NCBI GenBank assembly: GCA_016748015.1
Contig: JAAOMT010000028.1
Span: 78,001 to 142,000, forward strand
Direction of reading: 5' to 3'
Origin: Geosiphon pyriformis uo1
Lineage: Eukaryota; Fungi; Glomeromycota
Length of the DNA stretch: 64,000 bases
Part shown: positions 9,622 through 20,699 of the stretch, one piece after another
How positions within the stretch are numbered: position 1 is the stretch's first letter
Layout: every line of letters begins with the position of its first letter
The notes under the pieces: generated by a model
Told to the model about the DNA's origin: nothing
Database searches by the model: none
What the model saw: the letters and a program-made list of their open reading frames with translations, nothing else
Program-made: the position numbers and the translations under genes

Positions 9622-12600
9622 GTGACAACCACATCAGACACAACAACTTTAGAGTATTATTAGTCAATTTACACCCATTGCAAACAGAGATTCAACATCC
9701 CAGATGGAATTGAAATTGTTGAAAGAACACTCTACCAATACATTGAAAACCATATCAACAATTATCTTCTTGGAAATTACAACATTTCAGAAGTGAAAAG
9801 CAACCTCTACAATAATCTAGTACACTATTCATGATTGGGAACTGAAGACCTTAACAGTGAAACACTTGCCACCTACTTTCAAGAACTCAATTACAACATT
9901 ATCAAGTATGGTGAAGAAAAATACCCAGTACAGTCTAAATACTCTTTTGACTTTGAATTAGAAACAGAAACAGACAACAAAGGCAAACAAAAAGTGAAAC
10001 AACACTCAAAAACTGCTCCAAACACTCCAATACTACCAAAGACAACTGCCAAACACTTGCAAACACCTGAACAAGGAACCAGTGTTAAATTACCACTTTC
10101 TATCACACCATTTCCAATTTTATTTGCTCGACAACAAACACCAAATTCACTACTTAACCATTTCTCCAGACCAGAAGATTTTCAGTCACCTAGAAATCCT
10201 ACTCAACAGCAGAAACCTATATCAACAAGCACCAATATTATTGAATACTTGCAGAAAAACGAAAGTGATCATTCAGAAAATTTGGAAAGTGAAGAAACTG
10301 AATCAGAACAAAAAGAAGCCACAGAAAACAAAGAGGAAATGACAACTGCTTACATTGCAAAGATTCCAGAATTCATGGGTGAAGATAATGATACCAGTCC
10401 TCAAGAATGGCTTGACAAAATTCAAAAAGCAGGAGATGCAAATAGTTGGATTGCAGTAAAAATGCTTAAAGCAATTCTTTACTTTCTCCAAGGAACAGCA
10501 GAAAAATGGTTTGAAAATTTAGAAGAACCATTTGAAAACTGGCAAGCATTCAAAGATGCTTTTCTACAACAATTCACCAACAACAATACCTCTATCACTC
10601 TCAGAAACCACTCTTGCAATATCAAACAAGAAACATCTGAAACTGTTATGACCTATCTTGGAAGATTTAACAAACTTCTCAGATGAATTTGACAATTGGA
10701 AACCAATAACTACTATTCTGATGCTCAAATTCTGGATCAGTTTATAGCAGGGTTAAAAGACAAACTGATTGAAAAAGTCTGTCTACATGCTTCAGCAGAC
10801 TTAGCAACTGCCATTAGACATGCAAAGAATTATAAAATGGCTATGAAAGAAGCAAACCACACCAAACTTGTTAACTTGGCTATTGGAGAAATCAGTTCAG
10901 CAGCTGAAGAAAAGATAGACCAACTCACAAAGAAGGTTGAAAGCTATTTTACAAACCAACAACAACAGCAGCAACAACCCCAAAAATATCAACCATCACA
11001 GTAACACAACCAAAACAACTTTGGACCACCATCCAACAACCAACCTCAAAATTGTCACTATTGTGGAATTCCAGGACACTGGAAACGAGATTGCAGGAAA
11101 CTACAAAGAGACCAACAAAACAGGAGTAATCAATATTACTCTTTACCACAACAATCTTATTACCAACTCCCACCACCAACTTATTATTCACTGAGACCAC
11201 AAATTCAAAACAGCTATTATCAACCAGCTCTACAACCAATTCAACAACAATATTAGCAATCTTTACCAATTCAGCAATTTCAAACACCACTCACTCAACA
11301 ATATCAAGTACCAGCAAGAAGATTGGTTTAACATAACCAATTCACACTCCAAAATCAATTGCAGAGTAACAACAACAGAATCAATTCAAATAACCAGTTG
11401 GTTCCCTGAAATTCTGGTCAGCAAAGACCCAATCACTATCACACTCAACCCAGTTATCTTACAATACCAGAGGAATTGGATTTTCAACAAACTGCACTTT
11501 CTGAAGGTGAAGTTACAGCACCAAGATCAAACTCTTCCAACCATACTATTTCACCAGCTCAAATTGCCCAAAATGCCAATCTGTCAGATATATTTCCATT
11601 TGAATTTGAAGCAAATGAATCACTATTTCTGCTTAGTAATGCAGCAGTCAATGAACAGAAAGCAATTACTGCTATGTACACAGAAACTATAGTGGAAGGA
11701 AAACTCATTCACTTAATCTTAGATAGTAGATTGGCTGGAAGTATCATTACTTACCAGCTGATGCAACAACTCAAATGAAACATAGACAGACCAGCTCAAA
11801 CAATTATTGTCACAGCTAATGGTATGAAGAAGACTCCAGTAGGAGAAATTGATGATTTCCCCTTTACACTTGATGGAATCATCATTTCAGTTAAAGTTCT
11901 TCTTATGGATGCATCCCAATACCAAGCTCTAGTCGAAAATGATTGGCTTTTTAAGGCCAATGCAAACCTGAACTGGGAAACTCAAGAACTTAAAATCTTA
12001 TACCAAGGACAATATACCATAGTACTTGCAACCTGTGGTACCTTTAACAAATGATCAAAAAAAGCTCCAGTATTTGAATTTGAAGAAGAGAAAGAAATGC
12101 CACTTACTGAAACCTACATGGCTCTTGGATCACCATCCAATTGGGCTGAGGAAACAGAACAAGAGATTTTCAAAGAATCAAGAAGATGGAAGAAAGTTAG
12201 ATATTCTACACTAGAACCACAAAAAGAACCATCATACATTCCACTAAAATGCAAAGATTGCAAAAAGAAGCTTTCATCAATGGAAGCATGTATTTCTCCA
12301 AAAGAGGAATATGAAACTCATATCTGTTACTTTTGCAAAGCATGCCATAGAGAATGATTTGGATCTTCAAAAAGAAATAGAAAATAGAACAACACATCTT
12401 GCCTTATATGTAGAGATATGTTACCAGAAGAATGCAACTGGATTAATGTTGCAATGAGAAGAGAAGTATGTGATCAAATCTGTCAATATGCTCTATTAAT
12501 TTCGAAAAAAGTCAGAAGAGAAACACTATTTGATGCAGCATACAACAGTGCTCTTAATAAACTTTACCACTACCCTCATAATGCTAAAATGATTTTTGAC

Positions 12601-15246
12601 CTAGCAATGGCATTGATCAATGGAGCCACTCAAAAAGATGTCCGTCAAATGAAAGAAGCTGAATACATTGAGTATACCATGGAATTAGCTAGATTTGATT
12701 ATGAAGATGAAGCAGAAACATATTACCAAATTGCAAGCCACACATATCCGACCAAAGAAGCTCAAATTCAATGATTAGAGCAAATGAACATTCAATTGTG
12801 TGAAGAATACATCATGCCTTGTAATGACCAATGGTGTTTAGAATGCTATGCTCTTAGCATTCCTCTGCCAAATGAAAATGATGAAAATGAAATCGAATTT
12901 GGAGTATCTGAACAAGTAAAAAAACTACCAATCACCCCCATCTATCTCCTTGAAAAACAACCACCTCTACAACTTAAATATTTTAACAACTATGGCCAAG
13001 GAATCAGACCAGAAAAAGCACACGAAATTGATGCCAGATATGATCTAAAATACCTAGGAAAAGATACTTTGGTTCTTCAACCAAAGTCTTTGACAAAAAT
13101 CAATCTCAAAATTGCTCTTAAAATTCCACCTGGAACAATGATTCAAATTGCCTCCAGATTATTATTGGCAAGCAAAAGAATCAATATTAGAGGAGGAGTT
13201 ATAGATGCAGGATACACTGGAGACATTACCATCATATTACAGAATGAGACAGACAAACCATTTAAAATTGAACATGCTGAAAAAATTGCTTAAGCAATTT
13301 ACTTACCCTTAATCAACATTTCAGGTTTACAATTAGTAAACAACAGAGAACAATTGGAAAAAAGTGAAAAAGGAACTCAAGGTTTTGGTTCAACTGGACG
13401 ATTTACAGTTCCAGTAAACATAGCTCTTAATACACAAAATGAATCTCACCAGATTCTTCAACTTCCTCAGCCAATTACCATTTCACCTTTTGGAGAACAT
13501 CACGAAATTTACACTTGCTCAAAACCCACCACTACACAACAAATCTTTGAATCCAATGAACAAATCTGTTTGAAGCATGAAATCTCAATTCCAAACATTT
13601 ATATTCCCAAAGGAATAAAAAAATTTTGAGTCACATTCTACAACCCCAATAATTACTCTATTGTCTTATTAAACAAACTGGAGATTGGAATCATACACAG
13701 CAATATTTTTCAAGATGAAAACCCTCAAATTGTTTCTAATTTCATCGAAATTGTAAGGCACACTCTATTCCCAAATCCAAATATCATTCCCACTACTGAA
13801 AACTACCACTTTTTGAAAGAAAAACTCTCTCGAATTAACATGGGTCCCTTAGAATCTCAACAACAAAGACAATTGAAACAATTGATAGCTGAATTTGCAG
13901 ATATATTTGCAAAAGACAACAATGACCTGGGAAAAACGGATATGGTTCAACATCAGATCCATACAGGAGATGCTTCACCAAAACATTAGCAAGCTTACAG
14001 AGTGCCACTTGCTAGCCACCAATTCATCAGAGAAGAAGTCCAGAGAATGCTCAATAACGGATTGATTCAACCATTAAGAAGTCTTTGGGCTTCACCAGTA
14101 GTCCTTGTCAAAAAGAAAAATGGAAAAATCAGATTTTGTGTTGACTATTGCCAAGTAAACAGTATGACAATTGGAGATGCCTACTCTTTTCCAAGAATTG
14201 ATAACATGCTAGATGCTCTAGAAAAAGCCAAGTTCTTCTCAATTTTAGACTTGGAAAGTAGATACTAACAAGTCGAAATGGACCCAAAAGACTGACCCAA
14301 AACAGCATTTACCATCCAGGGAGAAAACTATGAGTTCAATATTATGTCTTTTGGACTTTGCAATGCACCAGCAACATTTCAGCGACTCATGGATGTTGTA
14401 TATGAAGGGTTCTTATGGCAATCAGTAGTTGTCTATCTTGATAACACTGATGTATACTCATCAAGCTTTAAGACTCATTTTATCCACCTGTGAGAAGTTT
14501 TTCAACAATTATGGAAAGCAGAATTGAAGTTAAACATTGAAAAATATCACTTTGGAAAAACAAGCTTAATTTTTTTTGAACACATTGTTAGCAAAGATGA
14601 AGTCAAACCAAATCCAGGAACAATCAGTGCTGTCAAAAACTTTCAAACCCCCAAAAATACCACAGAACTAAGAAGATTTGTAGGATTAGCCTCTTACTAT
14701 TGAAAATTCATCAAAAGATTCTCAGAAATTGCCAAACCACTCAATTATCTTACCAATAAAAATGTGCCATACAAATAAACTGAAGAACAACAAAAAGCAT
14801 TTGAAACTCTCAAAACAAAACTGACAACAGCCCCAGTTCTTGCTTACCCAGACTTCAACAAACGATTTCAATTAGCCACTAATGCTTCACACATAGCATT
14901 TGGTGCCATCTTATCACAAGTAAATGAAAATGGGCAAAAACAAGTTATTGCTTATGCTAATAGAACACTCAAACCAACAGAACTAAAATATGGCTCAACT
15001 GAATTAGAAGCTGCCACAGTTATTTGAGCTCTTAAACATTTTCAACAATATCTAAAGAATGAAAAAGAATTTGACATAATAACAGACAACATTGGCTTCA
15101 AATGGCTCAATAAAAAGAAAACTGAACAAAGTGCCAAACAGTCTCAATGGAATGACTTCCTAGCAGACTACAGATATATTGTACACCACAAACCAGGAAA
15201 ACTATATATCAATGTTAATAGCCTCTCAAAAATGAGACAAGATTAA
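9622..15246 (+). pseudogene. Element B ORF1 polyprotein: Gag(CA, CCHC)-protease-Cys-rich domain-dUTPase-RT-RNase H
   Basis: All ORF-track fragments from 9835 to 14002 share one frame, broken only by single-base stops. Motifs: IPEFMGE..SPQEWL, CHYCGIPGHWKRDC (11053-11094), LILDSRLAG, dUTPase GGVIDAGYTG/GFGSTG, RFCVDY, VVVYLDN, QLATNAS, ELEAATV. Confidence 0.93.
12960..13400 (+). pseudogene. Element B dUTPase domain
   Basis: KAHEIDARYDL, IASRLLLAS (decayed RSS), GGVIDAGYTGDITIILQN, EKIA*AI and KGTQGFGSTG correspond to dUTPase motifs 1-5. Confidence 0.92.
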
Positions 15247-15304
15247 TACCAACAACAAATTCCACCACAACTTACCAACCTACCAACAAAATAACCAAAC
15301 AAGA

Positions 15305-16686
15305 ATGGATCCCAGAAATTACAATCTTAAAAATTATTTGGAGACCCTTACTATGTTAGAAAACTGGTCTCCAAGTAAAAAACATCGTTTACAACATCAA
15401 TTAAAACAATATTTTATACACCAAAACAAAATTTATTATAAAAATCACAGAAATCCAAACTAACTATTCAGATTAGTACAAAAGAATGAAAAAGAAACAA
15501 TTTTATACAACATGCACACAGATCCGTTTTCAGCACACTTGGGAAGAGATGGAACAATTCAAAGAACTCTTAAATATTATTTTTGGCCTCACATGCAAAA
15601 AAACATTCGAGAATATATAGAATCTTGTGATAGTTGTCAAAGAAGAGAAGAAACTCACTCCACAGAACCTTTAAATCCAATCAAAGTTGGACAATCTTTT
15701 GACAGAGTTGGAATTGATTTAGTCGGACCATTACCTATCACAACCCAAGAAAATTGCTATATTGTAGTAGTAGTAGATTATCTTACCAAATGGCCTGAAG
15801 CTAGAGCCATTCAAACAGCAAATGCAAAATCAGTAGCAAATTTCATTTATGAAGACATTATTTGTAGACATAGATACCCAATTAAACTTTTATCTGATCA
15901 AGGAACACATTTTGTAAACAACTTGATACAAAAAATTTGTGAATAGTTCAATGTCAAAAGACCTCTATTATCATCTTATCACCCTCAAACAAATGGACTT
16001 GTAGAACGTTTCAACAGAACATTGTGAGAATTTCTAGCCAAAGTCTTAACAGACTTTAAGCAGGAATGAGATATCTTTATTTCATTAGTGTTACTAGCAT
16101 ACAAAACGCTAAAACAAAATACTACAAAACACATAACATTTGATCTTACTTATGGAAGGACAGCAATATTACCAATTAATTTCACAGTGGAAACATACTC
16201 AGTGCAACCAATCAATGAAAAAAACTTTCAAAAAACACTCCAAAAAAGGGTCTACACTCTTCTTAGTACACTGGAAGGAAAAAGAAAAATAGCAACAACT
16301 CATATTAAACATTTCCAAGCTCAACAAAAAGAAAGACATGACAACAAATTACCACCTATTACTAACAAATTTAAAGTTGGAAATAAAGTTCTCTTACACA
16401 GAACTAAGACTGAAAAACAATGGAATAAGAAATTTGAAAACAAATGAGATGAACCATTTTATATTCACGAAATTCTAGGCAATAGATTATACAAGTTAAG
16501 ACTTGATGATAAAATACTAGCAAAAGTTGCACATGGAGACAGATTGAAACACTATCATTCCAAAAACAATCCTGAACCATTAATTCCACAAATTGGTACA
16601 CATTCCTCTTTAATTAATCCTGAAGATATTCCCTGAAATTTAGAACCAATAATTATAATAGAACAACAACCAAACTTGAACACTTA
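15305..16686 (+). pseudogene. Element B integrase encoded as a separate ORF (HHCC, DDE, GPF/Y; no chromodomain)
   Basis: Own ATG at 15305 (MDPRNYNLKNYLETL) in a different frame from RH. Motifs: MHTDPFSAH...CDSC, GIDLVGP, LSDQGTHF, PQTNGLVERFN, K*DEPFYI (decayed WDGPF). Confidence 0.9.
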
Positions 16687-16832
16687 AATTTTACAATAAT
16701 TCTTTAATAAAAACACAAAAACAAAAATAGTAAATAATTACAAAAAACATCCAAACCCAAAAACAAATAAAAACTCCATATCCAAAAAATAATTTTCTTT
16801 ATTCTTTCTTTTTATAATTAGTCAATTTTATC

Positions 16833-17509
16833 ATGATTATTCCCTGAAATATTCAACAAATATCCCAAAAGTTAATGTTAGCCTTGAAAACACTTCCTGA
16901 CTTATCTATAACAATTAATAGAAGTCAAATTAATTACATTCAGAAAAAAATCACAGCCCTAGTAGCAAATCATTCACAGAACTATCACCTCTATAGAAAA
17001 AAAACAAGAAGCCACTTTGAAAATAGGTTACTAAGACTTTTAAAGCAAGCACTAGAAGAAAATCTTTTAATTGCCCCTATGGACATTCCATCAAATGCTA
17101 CAATGCAACAAAAACTTCTACTACTTCTCAATAAACAGAACAATGAACACACTCCTATTTATAAATACTTTCATATTGGAAAGACACTTTATGAACGAAA
17201 ACTGGAACTTGAAGCAACAAATTTCACTTCTGAAGCTATACAAAAACAAATCCACAATGAATTCAAAACAGCAGCTGGACCAACAAACACTTGCTACAAA
17301 CTTAGAGCAGCTTTTAGACTCTATGATTTGTTTAATACTTGTGAAAATGTTCTACAAAATCCAATACTGCAACCAATGAAAGTCCAATACATTAGCAAAC
17401 TCACAGAACTGAAATTTCAACAATTTTCAGACCAGATTACTTCAATTATTTTGGATTACTATCTCAATATTACAGATAGTGCTTGGATTTTGATGAAACT
17501 CAGTCTTGA
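16833..17509 (+). pseudogene. Element B ORF3: ~225-aa helical accessory protein of unknown function
   Basis: In-frame ATG at 16833, one internal TGA, then open for more than 200 codons. The likely true end is LDFDETQS* at 17509 (1-nt frameshift near the end). Homologous ends in A, in C1 and at 57090-57710. Confidence 0.75.
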
Positions 17510-17520
17510 GGAGGAGATTA
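17508..17520 (+). promoter_or_regulatory. Polypurine tract of element B
   Basis: gaggaggagatta immediately before the 3' LTR. Confidence 0.85.
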
Positions 17521-18468
17521 TGTTACCAATAGAATTTTAGCTATTAATTAGCATGAAATTACCCTTATAATTCCTATAATTAATTAGTACATTAATATCA
17601 TTTCAAATTATCATTTATTATTTAATCAATTATTACATATCATGATTCAATTAAAATAATCTAATTAGTATAACAGAAAGTAGGATGATCAAATTACACA
17701 ATACTCTGAACTTTGTAACATTCTAAAATTCGCCGAAATTTACAGAAATTCGCCGAAATTATGAATAGTTCATCCAAATTAATTAATAGTTCAGCAAAAT
17801 AACTTGTAGTTCATCAAAATGTATCTTTAGTTCACCAAAATTTGAGCAAAGAGAAAAAGTGCAAGTTTATAGACTAGTACTACAACAAGTTGTATAAAAG
17901 AAGAGCTTTTTTTTTCAAGAAAATGTATCTTACTTTAGATTTATCACTTAAAACCATTCCTACATACACAAAAAAAAATAAATATCAAATAATTTGAAAA
18001 ACCAAATTCTTTAATTATTGCACTTAGAAAATCCTTAAAACCCAACTAACATTTTGAAATTAATTAGCTACCAATTTCAGTAAACTGTTAGTGATTCTAG
18101 GCCTGGATAGAAAACGTTTCCTTTAATAAAATCCTATTTCTTTTATATTTCTTTTATTTTTCTTTCTTTTCTTATTACAATCATTAGGGTAGTCTACAGA
18201 CAAGATTCCTGTAGAAGAGTTGACTTTCACAACAAAGTAACTACACATTTTTAGTGAGCTTCCAAACAAGCAATTCCTGAAAAAGAGTTGACATTTACTA
18301 CAACATAACTACATAAAATAACTGGCAAGGAATTGGCCATTCCACTTATAAATCCAGCAGTTCAAATTATAGGAGATAATTTGAAAATAAATTCAGTTAT
18401 TGGAGGTTCAACTACTTCTAGAAAACGTTATAACATTCAAGAAAAGAGACCAAAAACCTCCAGTAACA
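17521..18468 (+). repeat. 3' LTR of element B
   Basis: Colinear with the 5' LTR; ends cagtaaca followed by TSD ccat. Confidence 0.96.
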
Positions 18469-20617
18469 CCATATACATAACAGGACATTTTTTGTCCAAT
18501 ATTGCTCTATTGAACATAGCCTCATTTTTCTCTAATTCAAAAGGAAAAATAGCTGCGAGACTGCTATCTTCAGTGGCAACTGCTGGTGGTATTTTTTGGC
18601 TCAATTTGTTGGAGGAATTTTCAGTTCTGTTTATGTTTCTACTATTATTGTTTTTGATGATCAGATTTTCTGGTATATTAAGATAAGTTTGTTGATAATT
18701 TTGGTAGTTTAGATTGGTTTGCTAACTGGTTCTAATGCAGTTTGGATTCCTCTGAACCAATGTGTTCTGGTTCCACATGGGCTGATTTCAGAGCTCAGGA
18801 TGCCAATTTGGGTTGGCTATTATGGACTGTTGTTAGTAAGTTTCTTGATTTTAATACATGGTGGGATATTAGCATGGTATTGGTGTGTACTGGTTTCTGG
18901 GCATTTGGGGTGGCATGTAATAATTATTTTCACATGCTTTCTGCATTATTTGTGTTCAATATTGACTAATCAAATGTCTTATGCATTTGCAAAAATGGCA
19001 GGCACATATTTCTGTTCTGAATTTCTGGTGTGATGAGCAATTATTTTGACTGTTGCTGACTTCCTGGCTGCATCTTTGAAGTGGTTGGTAGGTATTTCTT
19101 TTTGAATCCGGAATGAGGTAACTTTCTATTTTCTTAGAAAGTTCCTCCCCTAATTGAGTTACTCTTTTCTCTAATGTTTTTGTCTTATTTTTTTCCATTA
19201 CTATGTTAATCATTTGACTATGATTAGCTTTTTTCTCAGCCGATTCAAAAGCTCTGACAAATGTAATGACTTCTGGTAAGAAATTAAAGTGGGCAGAGTG
19301 TACTCTTCCTAAAATACTGCTTTTTAATTCTCTAATAAACTGATTTAAAACCTGAGGATCAGTGTAGTATCCTTGTTTAATTGCTTCAATCTGATAGTGA
19401 ATTCGATTGAATCAAGTAAGATATTGGGTGACAGTTTTACCAGTATCTTGCTTGATAGTATTGAATTTGTTTTGTAGTTGGATTATGGTGTTTGGGTCGC
19501 TAAAATACTCCAGGAGTGCATTTTTAAATTTGGCAAAGCTTATGGGTTTTGTTTCCAGACTTTGATACCACAAGTTGGCTGTGCCTTTCAGGAAGAAAAG
19601 TAATGTTTGAATTGCTCTTTGGTCACTCCAGTTATTTGCCTGGATGGCTTTTTGTACTTCTCTGAGCCATGTGTATATGTCCATTTTTTTTTCCTCTTCT
19701 GAGAAATCTGTTAGTCTTGTGATGTATGATATGGCCATTTTGTTGCCGTTTTCTGCTGGTGGGCTTATTGGTCTAAGAAAAAGTGGGATGATATTTCCTT
19801 GAGCATTTCTAAAGGTGGCTTCCTTTATATTCAGTTTTTTTTCTTGATCATAAGTTTTTTGGTTTCTGGACTGGCTGCTTGTTCCAGTGACCAGTCTTGT
19901 GATTGTTTTTTTGCTGGTCTTTTTTTTGGATTCCAATTCAGACTCCTCTTCATGGTTTTCAAACTCTGTTCCGAATTTTGGCTGAAAAAGAGGGTTTTGA
20001 AATAGTGATGAATATTCTTCTGTAATTGGTATGTCTCCCTAGTTACGTTGTTTAATTTTATCAATATAACTAAGAGTTTTTGGTGTTTGTGGAGTTGATG
20101 TTGATGATGATACAGCTCCTAATGGAATTTGTATCTTATTTTTTGGTAAAAAATGGTATGATTTATTTTCTGGTGAATAAATACATTGTTTTTTTATTGA
20201 TTGAGTAACAGTGTTCTTTGGTGTTTGAGCAAGTGTTCCTAGTTTTTGCTGGTTACTTTCCTGATTAGTTTCTAATTTTTTTTTGGTTTTGTTGGCACAT
20301 TCCCTAGTGTTTCCTGTGAATATTAGAAAATTTTTGTTGGCGTATTGCTCAATTTCTCGATAGATTTTGACAATAGTTGCAGCTATTACTGCTACTTCCT
20401 TTGTAATGTATTGTGATAATTCTCTATACAATCCAAGTTTTGCATTATGTAGTTCTTCTTTCTTTCTTATATGATAATTTATTCTGGCATTGATATAATA
20501 AATGAGAGCAGATTCTGCTGGACAACACCCTTCTGGTAATCCAAGATTACTTTGATTTTGTGTGTAAATAGCATGGCAGAATTCAAGAACAGTAAGATTA
20601 GGAGTTTTTGTTGCCAC
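18469..20617 (-). pseudogene. Element A gag (N-terminal extension, CA, CCHC) and protease N-terminus
   Basis: ITRLTDFSEE..DIYTWLREVQKAIQANNW..FFLKGTANLWY; CHFCKCIRHLISQY (decayed CCHC); ORF begins at GTG 20617. Confidence 0.88.
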
Positions 20618-20699
20618 TTTTGTTTTTTCCTTTTTAGCAATGAATTATTGCTAATTATTATTTCTTTTTTGATTTTCTTTCCTTGTAGGGTTTACTAAA

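Larger units (their letters stand above)
8606..18468 (+). mobile_element. Near full-length Ty3/gypsy (Metaviridae) LTR retrotransposon B
   Basis: LTRs 8606-9575 and 17521-18468 (TGTTA...TAACA); perfect TSD CCAT (8602-8605, 18469-18472); PBS, PPT and all pol domains present, with nonsense mutations. Confidence 0.97.

Noticed and set aside
9835-16686. Frequent in-frame TGA/TAA/TAG suggesting an alternative genetic code or selenocysteine
   Set aside because: All three stop types occur at positions expected for Arg/Gln/Trp and fit C>T or G>A mutation; host genes use the standard code.
17510-17540. ORF-track extension of ORF3 through the PPT into the LTR (…SLEEEIMLPIEF)
   Set aside because: Comparison with A and C1 indicates the true end is DFDETQS* at 17509; the extension results from a 1-nt frameshift.
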